A stretch of DNA of 59,932 bases, counting the filler. It is 4 parts of 4 records of this genome, joined end to end, with 100 filler letters (N's around TTAATTAATTAA, not from the genome) between each part and the next. Parts side by side here need not be neighbours in the genome. Positions count along the whole stretch, not along the records: positions 16,438 to 32,857 come from SRR31156797_5660; positions 32,958 to 48,419 come from SRR31156797_5662; 2 more parts are not named here. One strand, given 5' to 3'. Position 1 is the stretch's first letter; the number at the start of each line of letters is the position of its first letter. Below the pieces are notes generated by a model. It saw nothing but the letters and a program-made list of their open reading frames with translations, was not told where the DNA came from and did no database searches. Positions 30,052-42,251 of the stretch are shown one piece after another. The translations under genes and the position numbers were made by a program.

Positions 30052-30936
30052 TTGGACAAGGTACTCAAGGACAAGAAAGCTATACTGATTTTCATCCTGC
30101 CTTCCTTCATCGTTTTTATGGGAATCGTTATCATTCCTATGTTCGTATCAGCTTTTTACAGCTTCTTTCAATGGGACGGAATCGGAGAGAGGGTTTTTAT
30201 CGGAATAGACAATTATGTAAGGATGTTCAGCGTAAGCAGCCGCTTTCTCGCCTCGATCAGAAACAGCTTCATTCTGACCTTCCTGACTATCCTGCTGCAG
30301 CTTCCGATGGCTCTGCTTCTGGCAATCATCCTCGCCTTCGGCATAAAGGCGGAAGGCTTTTTCAGAACTGTTTATTTCATCCCAGTAATGCTTTCGGCAG
30401 TCGTGATCGGGATGCTGTTCCGCAGGATCTATGAGCCGAACTTCGGTCTTCTCAATATGCTGCTGATGAAGATAGGGCTTGAAAATTTGACAAACCCATG
30501 GCTCGGGAACATCAAAACGGCCCTCTACGCGGCGACCATTCCCATTATATGGCAGTGGATCGGCTACCATATGCTCCTGTTGTACGCTGCGGCAAAGTCC
30601 ATCCCTGCCGAATTACGCGACGCAGCAAGAATCGACGGCGCGAATGCCGTGCAGACCGCATTCAAGGTTGTCATACCATTAATGACTCCGGTATTGAAAA
30701 TCTGTGTAATCATGCTGATCATCGGCTCATTAAAAGAGTTTGATATGATCTATACAATGACAGGGGGCGGCCCCGCCCATGCGAGTGAAATGCCGAGTAC
30801 CCTGATGATCAGCACCCTCTTTTCAAGCTATCAGTATGGATACGGCAGCTCAATGGCCGTTTTCATCGTCGCCGAATGCCTGCTGCTGACGCTCATCATT
30901 CAGAAGTTTTTCAAGACAAATGACGTAACCTATTAG
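30052..30936 (+). CDS. Carbohydrate ABC transporter permease
   Basis: TTG start after AAGGAG; EAA-like loop ELRDAARIDGA; MTGGGP. Confidence 0.92.
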   Translation: MDKVLKDKKAILIFILPSFIVFMGIVIIPMFVSAFYSFFQWDGIGERVFIGIDNYVRMFSVSSRFLASIRNSFILTFLTILLQLPMALLLAIILAFGIKAEGFFRTVYFIPVMLSAVVIGMLFRRIYEPNFGLLNMLLMKIGLENLTNPWLGNIKTALYAATIPIIWQWIGYHMLLLYAAAKSIPAELRDAARIDGANAVQTAFKVVIPLMTPVLKICVIMLIIGSLKEFDMIYTMTGGGPAHASEMPSTLMISTLFSSYQYGYGSSMAVFIVAECLLLTLIIQKFFKTNDVTY

Positions 30937-30947
30937 GGAGACTATAG

Positions 30948-31808
30948 ATGAACAACCTGCTACCATTCAAATTGGGGGAACTGAGAATCAACCTCCCTAA
31001 TATACTTCTGTATCTCTTTCTGGGATTATTTGCCCTTATTCAGGTATACCCTCTGATTTACCTCTTTCTCTTTTCTCTGAAATCCAACGCCGAGATCTTT
31101 CAGGGGAATGTAACGGGTCTCCCGGAAAACTGGCTATGGAGCAATTATAATGCGGTTCTGAGCAACAGTGAAATGCCGCTGTATATTTTCAACAGCCTGA
31201 TCGTAACGGCTCTTACGGTTGTCGGAGTCATCGCGTTGGGAGGTTCTGCGGGATACGCGATCCAGCGGATGAAATGGAAATTAAGTAAACTGGTTCTTAC
31301 GGTTTTCCTGCTTGGGATCATGATTCCATACCATTCGGCTCTTCTGCCGCTATTCATAATACTGCGAAACATGAACTTACTTGATTCCTATGCCGCTCTG
31401 GTCATTCCCTACGTTGCTTTCGGTCTGCCGGTTTCCATCTATATTTTTACCGGATTCTATAAATCCATTCCCTACGAGATGGAAGAGTCAGCCTGCCTTG
31501 AGGGATGCAGCATATACCAGGCCTTCAGTAAGATCATACTCCCGATGGTTCAGCCGGCGATCGTGACAATTGCCATCTTTACCTACCGAAACGCCTGGAA
31601 CGAGCTGATGTTTGCCGTTTCCTTCATAAGCAAGAAGGCTTATAAGACGATTCCTGTTGGAATCATGTCGCTGAGCGGCAGATATACGACCCAATGGGGA
31701 CCGATCGGCGCCTCGATGCTTATCGCCGTTCTGCCGAGCCTGCTCCTGTATATGATTCTCAGCAAAAAAGTACAGGAGAGTATCAGGGCGGGAGCTCTGA
31801 AGGGTTAA
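30948..31808 (+). CDS. Carbohydrate ABC transporter permease
   Basis: IPYEMEESACLEGCS EAA loop; multiple TM segments. Confidence 0.92.
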   Translation: MNNLLPFKLGELRINLPNILLYLFLGLFALIQVYPLIYLFLFSLKSNAEIFQGNVTGLPENWLWSNYNAVLSNSEMPLYIFNSLIVTALTVVGVIALGGSAGYAIQRMKWKLSKLVLTVFLLGIMIPYHSALLPLFIILRNMNLLDSYAALVIPYVAFGLPVSIYIFTGFYKSIPYEMEESACLEGCSIYQAFSKIILPMVQPAIVTIAIFTYRNAWNELMFAVSFISKKAYKTIPVGIMSLSGRYTTQWGPIGASMLIAVLPSLLLYMILSKKVQESIRAGALKG

Positions 31809-32395
31809 GCTGGAACTTGTCGTATATACATCTCGAATTGGGTCCGGGAAAAGGCGAATCAGTATGGTACTTCCGTACTGAATGATAAGGAACTCCAGAA
31901 CACCCCGATAGGAAGCGGGCAGAAGAACTGTCCCGTTGAGGGCATTGCCGGAATCTTTCGGAACCGCTGGATCAGACGGAAGGGATGCCGGCGCTGGGAA
32001 GAGTCAATGACTTTCAAGGGGTCGGCAATAGCCCGGTCATCCCTTACCGTATGGGTCAATAGATTCAGATAGACTGTTTTCGCCAGGGCCTAGCTGTCCT
32101 AATCCCCGGCAAAAACTCAGATATCCGGGTTCTCAGGCCGCATGCAATGCGTTTTCGGCGCGTTAGGAAGCCTTTAGACATTGTGGTCAAACCTCACATT
32201 GTCGATATGCGGCAATTGAGTGACAGCAAATGGGCATATGAGATCAAAAATCAGCCGGAATTGATGAAGTCCGGTAAACTCCTAGTGTTTTGCTAATGAA
32301 TGGAATTGTTTCTCCCCCGCTTTTTTACTATACTGGAGGGCAAAGTGCGAATAGGCATTTCGTATGCATACAGATAGTTTAAGGAGTCTTCTAAA

Positions 32396-32857
32396 GTGAA
32401 AGCAGTAGAGATATGCGGCGGAGTTTACCGCCTGGGCGTAAATATCGAACCCGGTAATCTGTTTGAAGGGATCTGGGCCATACCCGACGGCACCTCAATC
32501 AACTCCTATGTGGTGAAGGGGGACAAGACCGCCGTTATCGACCTGACCCAGGACAAGGATGATTTTCCCGGCAGCATGAGCCGCCAGATGGAGGGAATCG
32601 GCGTCACTCCCTCCGGTATCGACTATATAATCGTCAATCATATGGAACCCGACCATTCCGGATGGCTCAGGGACTTCAGGGCTGAGAATCCCGATATGAC
32701 GATCTACTGCAGCAAAAAATCCGTTCCCCTGGTCAAAGCCTTCAGCGGAATCGAGGACAACGTGCATGCCATCGAAGACGGGGAGACTCTGGACCTGGGA
32801 CAGGGCAAGACCCTGCAGTTCTTCGATACCCCCAACATCCACTGGCCCGAAACCATG
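32396..32857 (+). CDS. fprA: Flavodiiron protein (FprA-type), 5' part
   Basis: LFEGIW, NSY, NHMEPDHSG, HWPETM; truncated by contig end. Confidence 0.88.
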
Positions 32858-32957
32858 NNNNNNNNNNNNNNNNNNNNNNNNNNNNNNNNNNNNNNNNNNN
32901 NTTAATTAATTAANNNNNNNNNNNNNNNNNNNNNNNNNNNNNNNNNNNNNNNNNNNN
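32858..32957. other. Artificial contig linker
   Basis: N run with TTAATTAATTAA. Confidence 0.98.
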
Positions 32958-34563
32958 GTGGGCTGATGGATTATATATGGTAATGCCAGTTATGACAAAA
33001 CTATATCATGTTACCGGAAAAGATATTTACCTTGAAAAATTATACGAGTACTTTAAATATGCTCAGAGTATTATGTATGATGACGAAACGGGTTTGTTTT
33101 ACAGAGATGCAGACTACGTATATCCTGAACATACAACCAATAGTGGTTTAAAAGATTTTTGGGCCAGAGGCGATGGCTGGGTATTTGCCGGTTTAGCAAA
33201 AATAATTGAGGATATGCCTGAAGAATACTCCCACAAGGAGGAGTTTGAAAGTATCTTTATTAAAATGGCCGAAAGTTTATCTGCAGCTCAACAAGAAGAA
33301 GGATACTGGACAAGAAGTATTTTGGATGCAGACTATGCACCTGGACCAGAAACCAGTGGAACTGCATTTTTTACTTTTGGTTTTGCATGGGGAATAAATG
33401 CAGGCTTATTAAGCTCCGAAACCTACCTTTCAACGGTTGAAAAAGGGTGGGATTATTTACAGAATACAGCTTTGCAAGAAGATGGTAGTGTTGGATATGT
33501 TCAACCTATAGGATCTAATGCTAGCCCAGGAACATATGTTGGAGTTAGTTCTACAGCAAACTTTGGAGTAGGTGCTTATTTATTGGCCGGATGCGAAATT
33601 ATAGAATTAGCAGAAGGAACACATCCCTCGAAAATTACCATTCATATGGATTCTGTGAAGGTGCTAAACGATTCCCAAATTCAGGTTTTCTTTAATCAAG
33701 AACTTGACGAAACAACAGCTACGGAAATTTCTAATTACAGCATTGATGGTGCAACAATCAGTCAGGTTCAGCTTTCTTCCGATCAAAAAAGTACTGTACT
33801 TACTATTTCAGACATGGACTATGGTAAGCACTTTTTATACATACAAAACATTCAAAACACCCTGGGAGATGTAGTTGAAAGTAATGAATGGATTAGTTTC
33901 CAGTATTACAAAAACTATATCGTTTCTGCGAGTAGTTACGAAAGTGGCTCAACCAATTACCCTGAAAACACTATTGATAACGATTTAAACACACGATGGT
34001 CGGCAGAGGGAATTGGAGAATGGATTCTTTTTGATTTACAGGAATCCTTACTTATTCAATCTTTAGATCTTGCATTTTTTAAAGGAAATCAACGTATTAC
34101 CTTTTTCGAGATTGAAACGTCTACAGATGGAATTAACTACACTTCGGTATATGATGGTTTTTCAAGTGGAGGTTCATTGGAATTAGAAAATTTTGATTTT
34201 GATGATCAGGAAGCCAGATATATTAGAATCACAGGCAAAGGAAATTCTTCCAACCAATGGAATAGCTTTACTGAAATTGATATTCAATCAAGCCCGATTA
34301 CAACAAATCTTTCAGATACGGATACGGATCCAGATCAGTTTAAATTATTCCCTAACCCGGCTTCTGATTGGATTGAAATAAATTCAAATGCAAAAGTATC
34401 TGCTATTCGTATTTTTGATTCTGTAGGTAAATTGAAGTTTAAGAAGAACAATATCGACCTAAACCATATTGATATTAGTAATCTTGCAAAAGGCTACTAC
34501 TTCGTGCAAATAGAAACAAATAATGGTATAATATCTGAGAAATTACTTATTGAAAGAGAATAG
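32958..34563 (+). CDS. GH105/GH88 unsaturated glycuronyl hydrolase with Ig-like, CBM32/discoidin and T9SS C-terminal domains (5' truncated)
   Basis: WADGLYM, FWARGDGW, ETSGTA; IDNDLNTRWSA; FPNPA...KGYYFV tail. Confidence 0.88.
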
Positions 34564-34621
34564 CGAAGTTTTGAGGATAAAATAAGACCTATTTTTATTT
34601 GTTCTGCAATACCCCAACAAT

Positions 34622-35452
34622 TTAAAATATCTTTTGAGGCTTAACTGCAGGACCTTTAACAAAGCTTTGCTGATTTAAAGTGTATGCGATATTAAAACTC
34701 AGGCATCTTAATTTAATTCTTGTTTTATCTTCATTTCTGTAATCGTAAAAGCTTTCTGAAAAGTAATTTTCAAATGAGGCACTTAACTTATAATTGGCCG
34801 TTATACCTTCATGCTCAATAAAACTCAGCCCCTGCTCATAGCTAGCTGAAAGTGTCCATCTATTTATCGAATAACCTATTCCCAAAGAAAATCCATAATG
34901 CCATTCTCCATTTAGAATCTTTGAATAATTATTTGGAATTAACATTTCATCTTCAACAAGTTCACTATATTCTTTCAACTGCTGCCCCACCGTTTTATGA
35001 TCCCCATAACGCAAATAAATTTGTTGAAAATACTCTCCATCAAAGTTTTTCGAAAAATAAAGACCTGTCAATAAATGAAAGTTCTGTAATTTATACTCCA
35101 GCTTAACTGGAACTTTCATTGTATGTAAATAGAATGTTCTATCTATATTCACATACAAATCAGGAGAGTTTCGTGGAAAAACACCAGCTATAAAATAATT
35201 TAGATAAACCTGATCTTGCTTCTCTCCAATCCTTTGGAATCCAACCCCATAATGAATATTTAATATATTTTCAACAATAGGTCTTTTAAGATTAAAAGAT
35301 ACCTGAGGCGACCACAAATTATCTATCGATTTATACTTTTGTGAAAAAGGAGCAAAACGACTCATATTTGTACCAATTTCAATATAGCTCCCTTTTTGTG
35401 CAAACCCAATTACACATATAAATAAAAAAGTTAGGCTTAAGATTTTCCTCAT
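34622..35452 (-). CDS. Outer-membrane beta-barrel protein (PorT/OMP_b-brl-like)
   Basis: Signal ending GFAQ, alternating strands, ASYEQGL, LSFNIAYTL. Confidence 0.65.
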   Translation of the reverse strand: MRKILSLTFLFICVIGFAQKGSYIEIGTNMSRFAPFSQKYKSIDNLWSPQVSFNLKRPIVENILNIHYGVGFQRIGEKQDQVYLNYFIAGVFPRNSPDLYVNIDRTFYLHTMKVPVKLEYKLQNFHLLTGLYFSKNFDGEYFQQIYLRYGDHKTVGQQLKEYSELVEDEMLIPNNYSKILNGEWHYGFSLGIGYSINRWTLSASYEQGLSFIEHEGITANYKLSASFENYFSESFYDYRNEDKTRIKLRCLSFNIAYTLNQQSFVKGPAVKPQKIF

Positions 35453-35683
35453 GAACGCTTGTTTAGTTTTATGTTTGGAATTAATTCTTAGAAACGAGAA
35501 CAAATAAAAGTAAAATCTCAATGAATACAAATGATGGTTTTCTTTCTAACCATATTTTACAAAAAATGAGAACTCTTATTGATTAAACTTAAAACAAGAG
35601 ACCTCTCTCGATCCGTTTTATCTAGAAACTTCATTACAAATGTTCATTGGATAATGATTCATGTTCAATGAACCATTGACGGT

Positions 35684-35888
35684 CTGAAACAGTTTGGCTC
35701 ACGCTATGACAGATTTACAATTAGCTGCTGCAATTTGGTTCGGGCAATTGCAACTTTGCGATAAGCTGAAACAATTCGGCTCATGTAATTGCAGCTTTGC
35801 GATAAGCTGAAACAGTTCGGTTCAAGCAATTGTAACTGTACAATTAGCCGAAACATTTTGGTTCGATCAATTGCAAGTTTGCGATAAG
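35684..35888. repeat. Five degenerate tandem copies of a 41-bp unit
   Basis: Approximate consensus CTGAAACAnTTYGGYTCnnGCAATTGCAnCTTTRCRATWAG; units start at 35684, 35725, 35766, 35807, 35848. Confidence 0.9.
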
Positions 35889-35934
35889 CTGAGCGGGATT
35901 GCAGCAAATGTTTTTAATACGATAAACCTCTAAC

Positions 35935-37206
35935 TTATTGTATTTCTAATTTCTTCGTATTTAACCCAACTCTGAAATATGCATAGGTTCCAATTACCAC
36001 AAAACAAACTAAAGGAATAAAATAAGAGATTTCAACACCTGTTATGTCAATCATTGCGCCTTGCAGTGGGGTAATGATAGCTCCTCCTAAAATAGCCATG
36101 ATTAATCCGGAAGAACCAACTTTAGTTTCCTCATCATTTAATCCATCACTACCCATTCCAAAAATAGTTGGAAACATTAACGACATAAATATTGAAATTC
36201 CAATTAAAGAATAAACTCCTAAAGCTCCGCCCACAAATATGACATTCATTGATAAAATCACAGCACTTACTGATGCAATCATCAATAAGGTGGAATCCTT
36301 CACTTTTTTCATTAATGCTGTAAAAACCCATCGTGATACGCCAAATAAAACCAATGCTACAGTATGATATCGCAATGCAACATCAGGCGTAACATTAAGT
36401 TGCTCCGGAATATAAAAATTAGTGTAGGTCCACACTGCAATTTGTGCCCCAACATAAAAAAACTGGGCTACCACAGCAAAAACATAATTCCTGTTTTTAA
36501 AGAGTTGTGCAAAGGTTTTTGACAATCGTAAATTCTGTTGCTTATCTGATGCCAGCGGCATTTTTGTTACTGCTATTAAAATCCAAACAATAATTAAAAT
36601 TCCGGCAACGGATAAATAGGGAAAAATAACAATATTGAGTGTTTCATTAATTTGTCCGGCTGCAATGGTAATATGTCCTTCGCTATCAAGAGGCATTTTG
36701 GCCATAATTAGAATCTGACATAAAAAGATACCAACAACAGAACCAATTGGATTAAAGGATTGAGCAAAATTTAAACGACGAGTTGCTGTTTCCGGAGCAC
36801 CTAATGTTAAAATATAAGGATTGGCATTTGTTTCTAAAATACCCAAACCACAAGCCAATACATAGTAGGAAATACAAAAAAATAAAAACTCCTGGATTAA
36901 CATAGAGGGATACAATAAAAAACACCCTAATGCATAAATCCCCAAACCAACCAAAACTCCGGTTTTATAAGAATATTTGCGAGATATAGCTGCACCGGGA
37001 ATAGCCATACTAAAATATCCAAAGTAAAATGCAAACTGAATAAGCGAAGCCTGAAAGGTAGATAAGCTACCAAAAACCGCTTTAAAAACTCTTACCAAGG
37101 GATCCGTTAGGTTGTTGGCTAAGCCCCACCACATAAAACAACTCGATAATAATAAAAAGGCTAGTACATATTTTTTATCTAATAATTTAGCATTGGGATT
37201 TTCCAT
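35935..37206 (-). CDS. fucP: L-fucose:H+ symporter
   Basis: MFS; LETNANPY, RRLNFAQSFNP, SLMFPTIF; fucose operon context. Confidence 0.9.
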   Translation of the reverse strand: MENPNAKLLDKKYVLAFLLLSSCFMWWGLANNLTDPLVRVFKAVFGSLSTFQASLIQFAFYFGYFSMAIPGAAISRKYSYKTGVLVGLGIYALGCFLLYPSMLIQEFLFFCISYYVLACGLGILETNANPYILTLGAPETATRRLNFAQSFNPIGSVVGIFLCQILIMAKMPLDSEGHITIAAGQINETLNIVIFPYLSVAGILIIVWILIAVTKMPLASDKQQNLRLSKTFAQLFKNRNYVFAVVAQFFYVGAQIAVWTYTNFYIPEQLNVTPDVALRYHTVALVLFGVSRWVFTALMKKVKDSTLLMIASVSAVILSMNVIFVGGALGVYSLIGISIFMSLMFPTIFGMGSDGLNDEETKVGSSGLIMAILGGAIITPLQGAMIDITGVEISYFIPLVCFVVIGTYAYFRVGLNTKKLEIQ

Positions 37207-37300
37207 AGATCTCTCGGCAAACTAGTTTTATAATTACGCTTAATTTCTCAATGTTATAATACCTTTCTTTATCAGGTTTCTTACACTTAAATTATTTTGC

Positions 37301-37735
37301 TCAACACAATGGAGTTACTCCTTTTTTAAGTATAATATTTCCGTATTTAGCCGTTTCTCCAGTCATAACTACAGCAAATGCAGAACGGGCTCTCTCGTAG
37401 AATTCAAATCGGTCGATTCTCTTTATCGTAGCTAGCTCTGGATTGGTAATATGAATAGATTTCAAATATCTTTCTTCAACACGAAAATCCAATTGATCCC
37501 CATCAACTGCCGCCATCATGATCAATGGTGCAGGAACATATGCATCTAATTCAAATAAAGGCAAAATGGCTTCTAACAAACTTGATATTTGCAAACCATC
37601 TGCTCTTATTACATTTTTATTATAAGTCTCTCCCGGAAAATGAGCATCGGCTAAAACAAGTTCATCACCATGTCCCATTCTATAAAGAGCAGAAAGTAAT
37701 TCGGGGCTAATCAGAGAAGATATTCCTTTTAACAT
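37301..37735 (-). CDS. fucU: L-fucose mutarotase (RbsD/FucU family)
   Basis: [35 protein letters not shown]. Confidence 0.92.
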   Translation of the reverse strand: MLKGISSLISPELLSALYRMGHGDELVLADAHFPGETYNKNVIRADGLQISSLLEAILPLFELDAYVPAPLIMMAAVDGDQLDFRVEERYLKSIHITNPELATIKRIDRFEFYERARSAFAVVMTGETAKYGNIILKKGVTPLC

Positions 37736-37745
37736 ACTGATATGA

Positions 37746-39218
37746 CTATTTATTTTTACTACTAAGATAATTTTGATACAGCTGATTATACAACTCACTA
37801 TTTGCAGATGGTAATATAGTTTTAGTGCGATAATCTATATTTTTTCGGGCCTCTTTAAGCGTTTTATATAATCCTGCACCTTTAAAAACAAAAAGCGATG
37901 CACCGAGAACAGTGGTTTCTTTTTGCTCAATAGTTTGAAGAGGAAGCTTACATACATCCGCCCTCAACTGATTCCACAACCTGTTTTTTGAGCCACCTCC
38001 AACACATATAATGCTTGTTGCCTTAAAGTTGCCAGATTTCTCCAATGCCTCCAGTCCTTCTTTTAAACGATAGGCCAAACTCTCTAAAAAAGCACGATAC
38101 ATTTGTCCTCGTGTTGTATTTAGCGTTATACCACTTATGGCACCTCTCTCTTTGGAACTGCCATCTGCATAAAATGATGGATTTACAATGAGTCCTTGAG
38201 ATCCCGGTGGTATTAACTCTGCATCCTGAATCATAGTTTCATAAAGTTGATCACCACTTAATTCGGCATAAAAATGGTTTGAGAACCATTCCAATACACC
38301 TGAGCCCAACCAATTCTGGCCAATATTAAAAACGCCTGGTAAAGCATCCGCTTCGGTCGTTAAATTATTCTCTAATTCAATAGAAGATGATTTAAAACTC
38401 TTACTCCGGACCATTAATATTTCCCACGTTCCTGAACTTAGCACAGGTTGATTCAAGTCTGCACCGGAGCCATAAATAGCAAATTGCGTATCATGCCCTG
38501 CCAAAAACACAGGTGTATTCGCAGGAATACCCGTACTTCCTTCAGCGATTTTTGTAATAGCTCCTGCTTTATCTCCAGGTTCTCCAATTGATCCAAATAG
38601 GTTCTTCTCAATGCCAATACTATTAAAAATGATATCTGATAAACACCTGTTTTTTAAATCGGCTATCATTGCCGTTCCCAGCATAGTGGCGTCATTAAGA
38701 AATTCTCCAGTCAGTTTTTGAATAAAAAGAGAACTAATAAAAAGAAATCGGTATGATTGATCGAATAACTCCGACCTATTTTCCTTAAACCAGATGAGCT
38801 TGTTTATTGTATTAAAGGCGTAAGGATAAACACCGCTGATTTTATACAACAATGGTAATGGCATATATTTATCCAGATTAGCCATTACTGCTTCTGTGCG
38901 ATTACATTGCCAGGAAATTACCGGATAAAGCATGTTTCCTTTTTGATCCACCAAAGTGCCATCAACACCAAATGTAGTAACTGTTACGCCAGCTATTCTT
39001 GAACTATCTATTTGAGAAATCACCATTACTGATGCCTGACATAATTTATCCCACAATTGATCAATGTCCCAAATTCTGCCATTAGGATAAAATGGATCCT
39101 TTTTCGTTTCATTCGATATCGCATGCGAAGATATTATTTTACCCACTGTATCAATGGCGACAACCCTTAGGTTAGTTGCTCCACAGTCAAATACAATTGC
39201 TACATCTTTATTTATCAT
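37746..39218 (-). CDS. fucK: L-fuculokinase (FGGY family)
   Basis: [42 protein letters not shown]. Confidence 0.9.
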   Translation of the reverse strand: MINKDVAIVFDCGATNLRVVAIDTVGKIISSHAISNETKKDPFYPNGRIWDIDQLWDKLCQASVMVISQIDSSRIAGVTVTTFGVDGTLVDQKGNMLYPVISWQCNRTEAVMANLDKYMPLPLLYKISGVYPYAFNTINKLIWFKENRSELFDQSYRFLFISSLFIQKLTGEFLNDATMLGTAMIADLKNRCLSDIIFNSIGIEKNLFGSIGEPGDKAGAITKIAEGSTGIPANTPVFLAGHDTQFAIYGSGADLNQPVLSSGTWEILMVRSKSFKSSSIELENNLTTEADALPGVFNIGQNWLGSGVLEWFSNHFYAELSGDQLYETMIQDAELIPPGSQGLIVNPSFYADGSSKERGAISGITLNTTRGQMYRAFLESLAYRLKEGLEALEKSGNFKATSIICVGGGSKNRLWNQLRADVCKLPLQTIEQKETTVLGASLFVFKGAGLYKTLKEARKNIDYRTKTILPSANSELYNQLYQNYLSSKNK

Positions 39219-39292
39219 ACCTTAGACTGATAAAATTACAGTTTACAAAGCCGTTTCTAAACGATCATTTTAAATACTTATCTCATTACTTC

Positions 39293-41080
39293 TTATTTAA
39301 ACCCATATAATGGCCCATAATTATTGCAGGCTCTATAATCTGAACCTTCTATATCTTCTCCAAAAAAAGACCATGCACTTGGCCTGAACACTTTTTCAGC
39401 ATCTACATTGTGCATATTCACAGGTATTCTTAACATAGATGCCAGCGTAATTAAATCAGCTCCAATGTGTCCATAACTGATAGCTCCATGATTGGCTCCC
39501 CAGCTAGCCATTACCGAGTATACATCTTTAAAAGCACCATTTCCTGTTACTCGAGGTACAAACCAGGTAGTAGGCCATGTAGGATTCGTTCTTTCATCCA
39601 GTACCTTATGTATTTCGTCCGGCAATTCGACAGTCCAGCCCTCTGCAATTTGTAAGACAGGCCCTAAACCTTTAACAAGATTCAAACGACACATGGTAAC
39701 CGGCATTTCACCAGCTGTTTTAAATAAAGACGAGAATCCACCTCCTCTAAAATAACCTCTGTCAGCCTGAGGCCAAACAGTATTATCCAGACAGCTTTGC
39801 GCTTCTGCTTTAGTAATTTCCCAATAAGGTTTCATGGCAGAATTTCCGTCGGAATCGCGTTGCTGAGCTGTTGCATCCAGCGTTGTAGATCCTGAATTTA
39901 TTAAATGAATAATGCCACCTTCTGCTTTTCCACTGAGTACTTTTCCTGTAACTCTTTCCACTGCATCCGGACTCCAATAAGTTCGTACATCGGAGAATAT
40001 TTGTGATGTATTGCTTAATAAATGACCAAAGAGCATAGATACCCCATTCAAACAATCATTCTCGGTAGCTACAACAAATGCCTCACGTATACCATTCCAG
40101 TCGAAAGAAGAATTTAGAATCGCTTCGGTAAAATCTGCATTTGGCTTATAATCCGTCCACTGGCGTTGCCCCTGAAAACCTGCAAGTATGGCATTTCTCC
40201 CCAAACCTTCTTCTCTAAACCCTTTTTCGACTATCTGAGGATTACCAATCATCATATCCCTGAAAATTAAAGTCATTTTCACAACCGTTTCCCATTCCTT
40301 CTCTTTACGGGAAGCATCGACCTGTTTTTCGGGATCATTCCTATCCTTCCCTTCTTTACAATTGGCTTTTGTCCATGCTAATGCTTTTTGATATTCCACC
40401 TCATCATAAATACCCTCATCCATTCTTCGAAGAAGCTCCACTGAATCAACAAATTCAGCCCGTATTCCCAGATAATCCTGTAAAAAGTCAGCATTAACCA
40501 TAGAACCTGCAATACCCATTGAACTATATCCTACTGATAAATATGATTTCCCTTTCATTTGTGCAACCGCCAGAGCCGCTTTTACAAATTGTACTATTTT
40601 CTCCTGTACATCCCTTGGTATTGAAGTATCCCCAGCATCCTGTACATCTCTACCATAAATACCAAAAGCAGGCAGTCCCTTTTGCGTATATCCGGCTAAA
40701 GCAGCGGCTAAGTATACAGCTCCAGGTCGTTCAGTACCGTTAAAACCCCAAATTGCCTTTGGCATAAGAGGATCTGTATCCATCACCTCTGTTCCGTAAC
40801 ACCAACAAGGCGTAACAGTTAGTGAAACTTCTACTCCTTCCTTTTTAAATTTATTGGCACACAAAGCTGCTTCTGCTACACCACCAATACAAGTATCTGC
40901 TATTACACATTCTACTATTTCACCACTAGCAAACCGAATATTGCTCTCAATAAAGTCAGCCGCTGATTTAGCCAATTCCATTACCTGTTGTTCAAGCGAT
41001 TCTCTTACCCCTTTTTCGCGACCGTCAATAACGGGTCTTATTCCTACTTTGGGTAAATCACCAATTAACCTGTTAGCCAT
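39293..41080 (-). CDS. fucI: L-fucose isomerase
   Basis: [38 protein letters not shown]. Confidence 0.97.
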   Translation of the reverse strand: MANRLIGDLPKVGIRPVIDGREKGVRESLEQQVMELAKSAADFIESNIRFASGEIVECVIADTCIGGVAEAALCANKFKKEGVEVSLTVTPCWCYGTEVMDTDPLMPKAIWGFNGTERPGAVYLAAALAGYTQKGLPAFGIYGRDVQDAGDTSIPRDVQEKIVQFVKAALAVAQMKGKSYLSVGYSSMGIAGSMVNADFLQDYLGIRAEFVDSVELLRRMDEGIYDEVEYQKALAWTKANCKEGKDRNDPEKQVDASRKEKEWETVVKMTLIFRDMMIGNPQIVEKGFREEGLGRNAILAGFQGQRQWTDYKPNADFTEAILNSSFDWNGIREAFVVATENDCLNGVSMLFGHLLSNTSQIFSDVRTYWSPDAVERVTGKVLSGKAEGGIIHLINSGSTTLDATAQQRDSDGNSAMKPYWEITKAEAQSCLDNTVWPQADRGYFRGGGFSSLFKTAGEMPVTMCRLNLVKGLGPVLQIAEGWTVELPDEIHKVLDERTNPTWPTTWFVPRVTGNGAFKDVYSVMASWGANHGAISYGHIGADLITLASMLRIPVNMHNVDAEKVFRPSAWSFFGEDIEGSDYRACNNYGPLYGFK

Positions 41081-41192
41081 TGTATATAATTTAAATCTTC
41101 ATTTTTAACATATGGAAACAAATTTATACACAGAGAAACACTTTAAAAATGTCTGGTATTATTATTTTTGTATCTGTTTGAAACATGAAACA

Positions 41193-42089
41193 ATGCAAAA
41201 ATCTATTAATCAAACACCCCAGGGAGATCCATCGGAAATACATCAATCATTTCCTTCTTATGATTTACAATTACACTGCTGTAGATACTGGTGGCTTAAA
41301 AATTGGGAATTCAGAGAACTATCATTTCCTTTCTGGCGCATCTATCATAATAGTTATCAAGGAGGAACTATAATATACGAAGGTAAAGAGCACCCTCTAT
41401 CCCCGGATAAAATAATAGTCATTACACCCAATACTTCTTATTCTACTCGCCTTTATAATCATCAAATTCCTCGAAAAGGATTTGCTTTATTAGGAGACAG
41501 AATCAATGCAGGATTACCATCCGACCCTAATTATATTTTGCACTTATTTATCCATTTCAATCTTGGCATACCCTATGACCATATTAAACCGGGACTTTAT
41601 GTTTTTGACATAAATACATACATTAAAGAAAAACTGGATATCATTAAAAAGCATTTGAATTACGAACATGCATCTTTCAATTTTCATAGCACCATTGCCA
41701 TCCATAGCTTAATCATTCATTTATTGAGCTTGCTTCCGGAGAATAATTGGCAATACATTACTGATGACCATCGTTTTTTGCACTTATTATCTTATGTCGA
41801 ATCCAATATTAATAACGATCTATCCAACCCTGTTCTCGCCAAAGAAATTCAAATGAGCACTAATGCATTTACACGCTTATTTACTGAATTGATGGGGAGC
41901 TCGCCTCAGAAGTATGTTAAACAAAAAAGAGTTGATAAAGCTTGTGTATTATTACATCATACGAACCATACCATTGAAGAAATTGCTGGTATTTGTGGTT
42001 TTGCAGATCGTTATCATTTTTCCAGAATATTTAAGCAAGTCATACATATTTCTCCGGCAGTATATCGAAAAAACTTCTCCATTAAGTAA
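41193..42089 (+). CDS. AraC family regulator divergent from the fuc operon
   Basis: C-terminal EEIAGICGFADRYHFSRIFKQ...SPAVYRK; start may be 41112 or 41193. Confidence 0.9.
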   Translation: MQKSINQTPQGDPSEIHQSFPSYDLQLHCCRYWWLKNWEFRELSFPFWRIYHNSYQGGTIIYEGKEHPLSPDKIIVITPNTSYSTRLYNHQIPRKGFALLGDRINAGLPSDPNYILHLFIHFNLGIPYDHIKPGLYVFDINTYIKEKLDIIKKHLNYEHASFNFHSTIAIHSLIIHLLSLLPENNWQYITDDHRFLHLLSYVESNINNDLSNPVLAKEIQMSTNAFTRLFTELMGSSPQKYVKQKRVDKACVLLHHTNHTIEEIAGICGFADRYHFSRIFKQVIHISPAVYRKNFSIK

Positions 42090-42193
42090 GTACCAGCATA
42101 AAACAAATCAATCTAAACAGCTCATATACTGACCATTTAACACACCTAACTATCTTCTTCGTTTCTATTTAATTATTTCTTAATATACATTTA

Positions 42194-42242
42194 GACGTAA
42201 TATTGCGTCACTTAAAAATATTTGACGTATTTTTACGTCAAA
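42194..42242. promoter_or_regulatory. Two palindromic ArsR-type operator candidates
   Basis: GACGTAATATTGCGTC (42194-42209) and TTTGACGTATTTTTACGTCAAA (42221-42242) just before arsR. Confidence 0.7.
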
Positions 42243-42251
42243 ATAAATATA

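Noticed and set aside
31859-32059. 66-aa ORF or possible pseudogene
   Set aside because: No family recognisable by eye; would need BLASTx
35684-35888. CRISPR array interpretation of the 41-bp repeats
   Set aside because: Units are contiguous and homologous along their whole length, with no unique spacers and no cas genes
35704-35907. 67-aa minus-strand ORF
   Set aside because: By-product of the 41-bp array, whose period is not a multiple of 3
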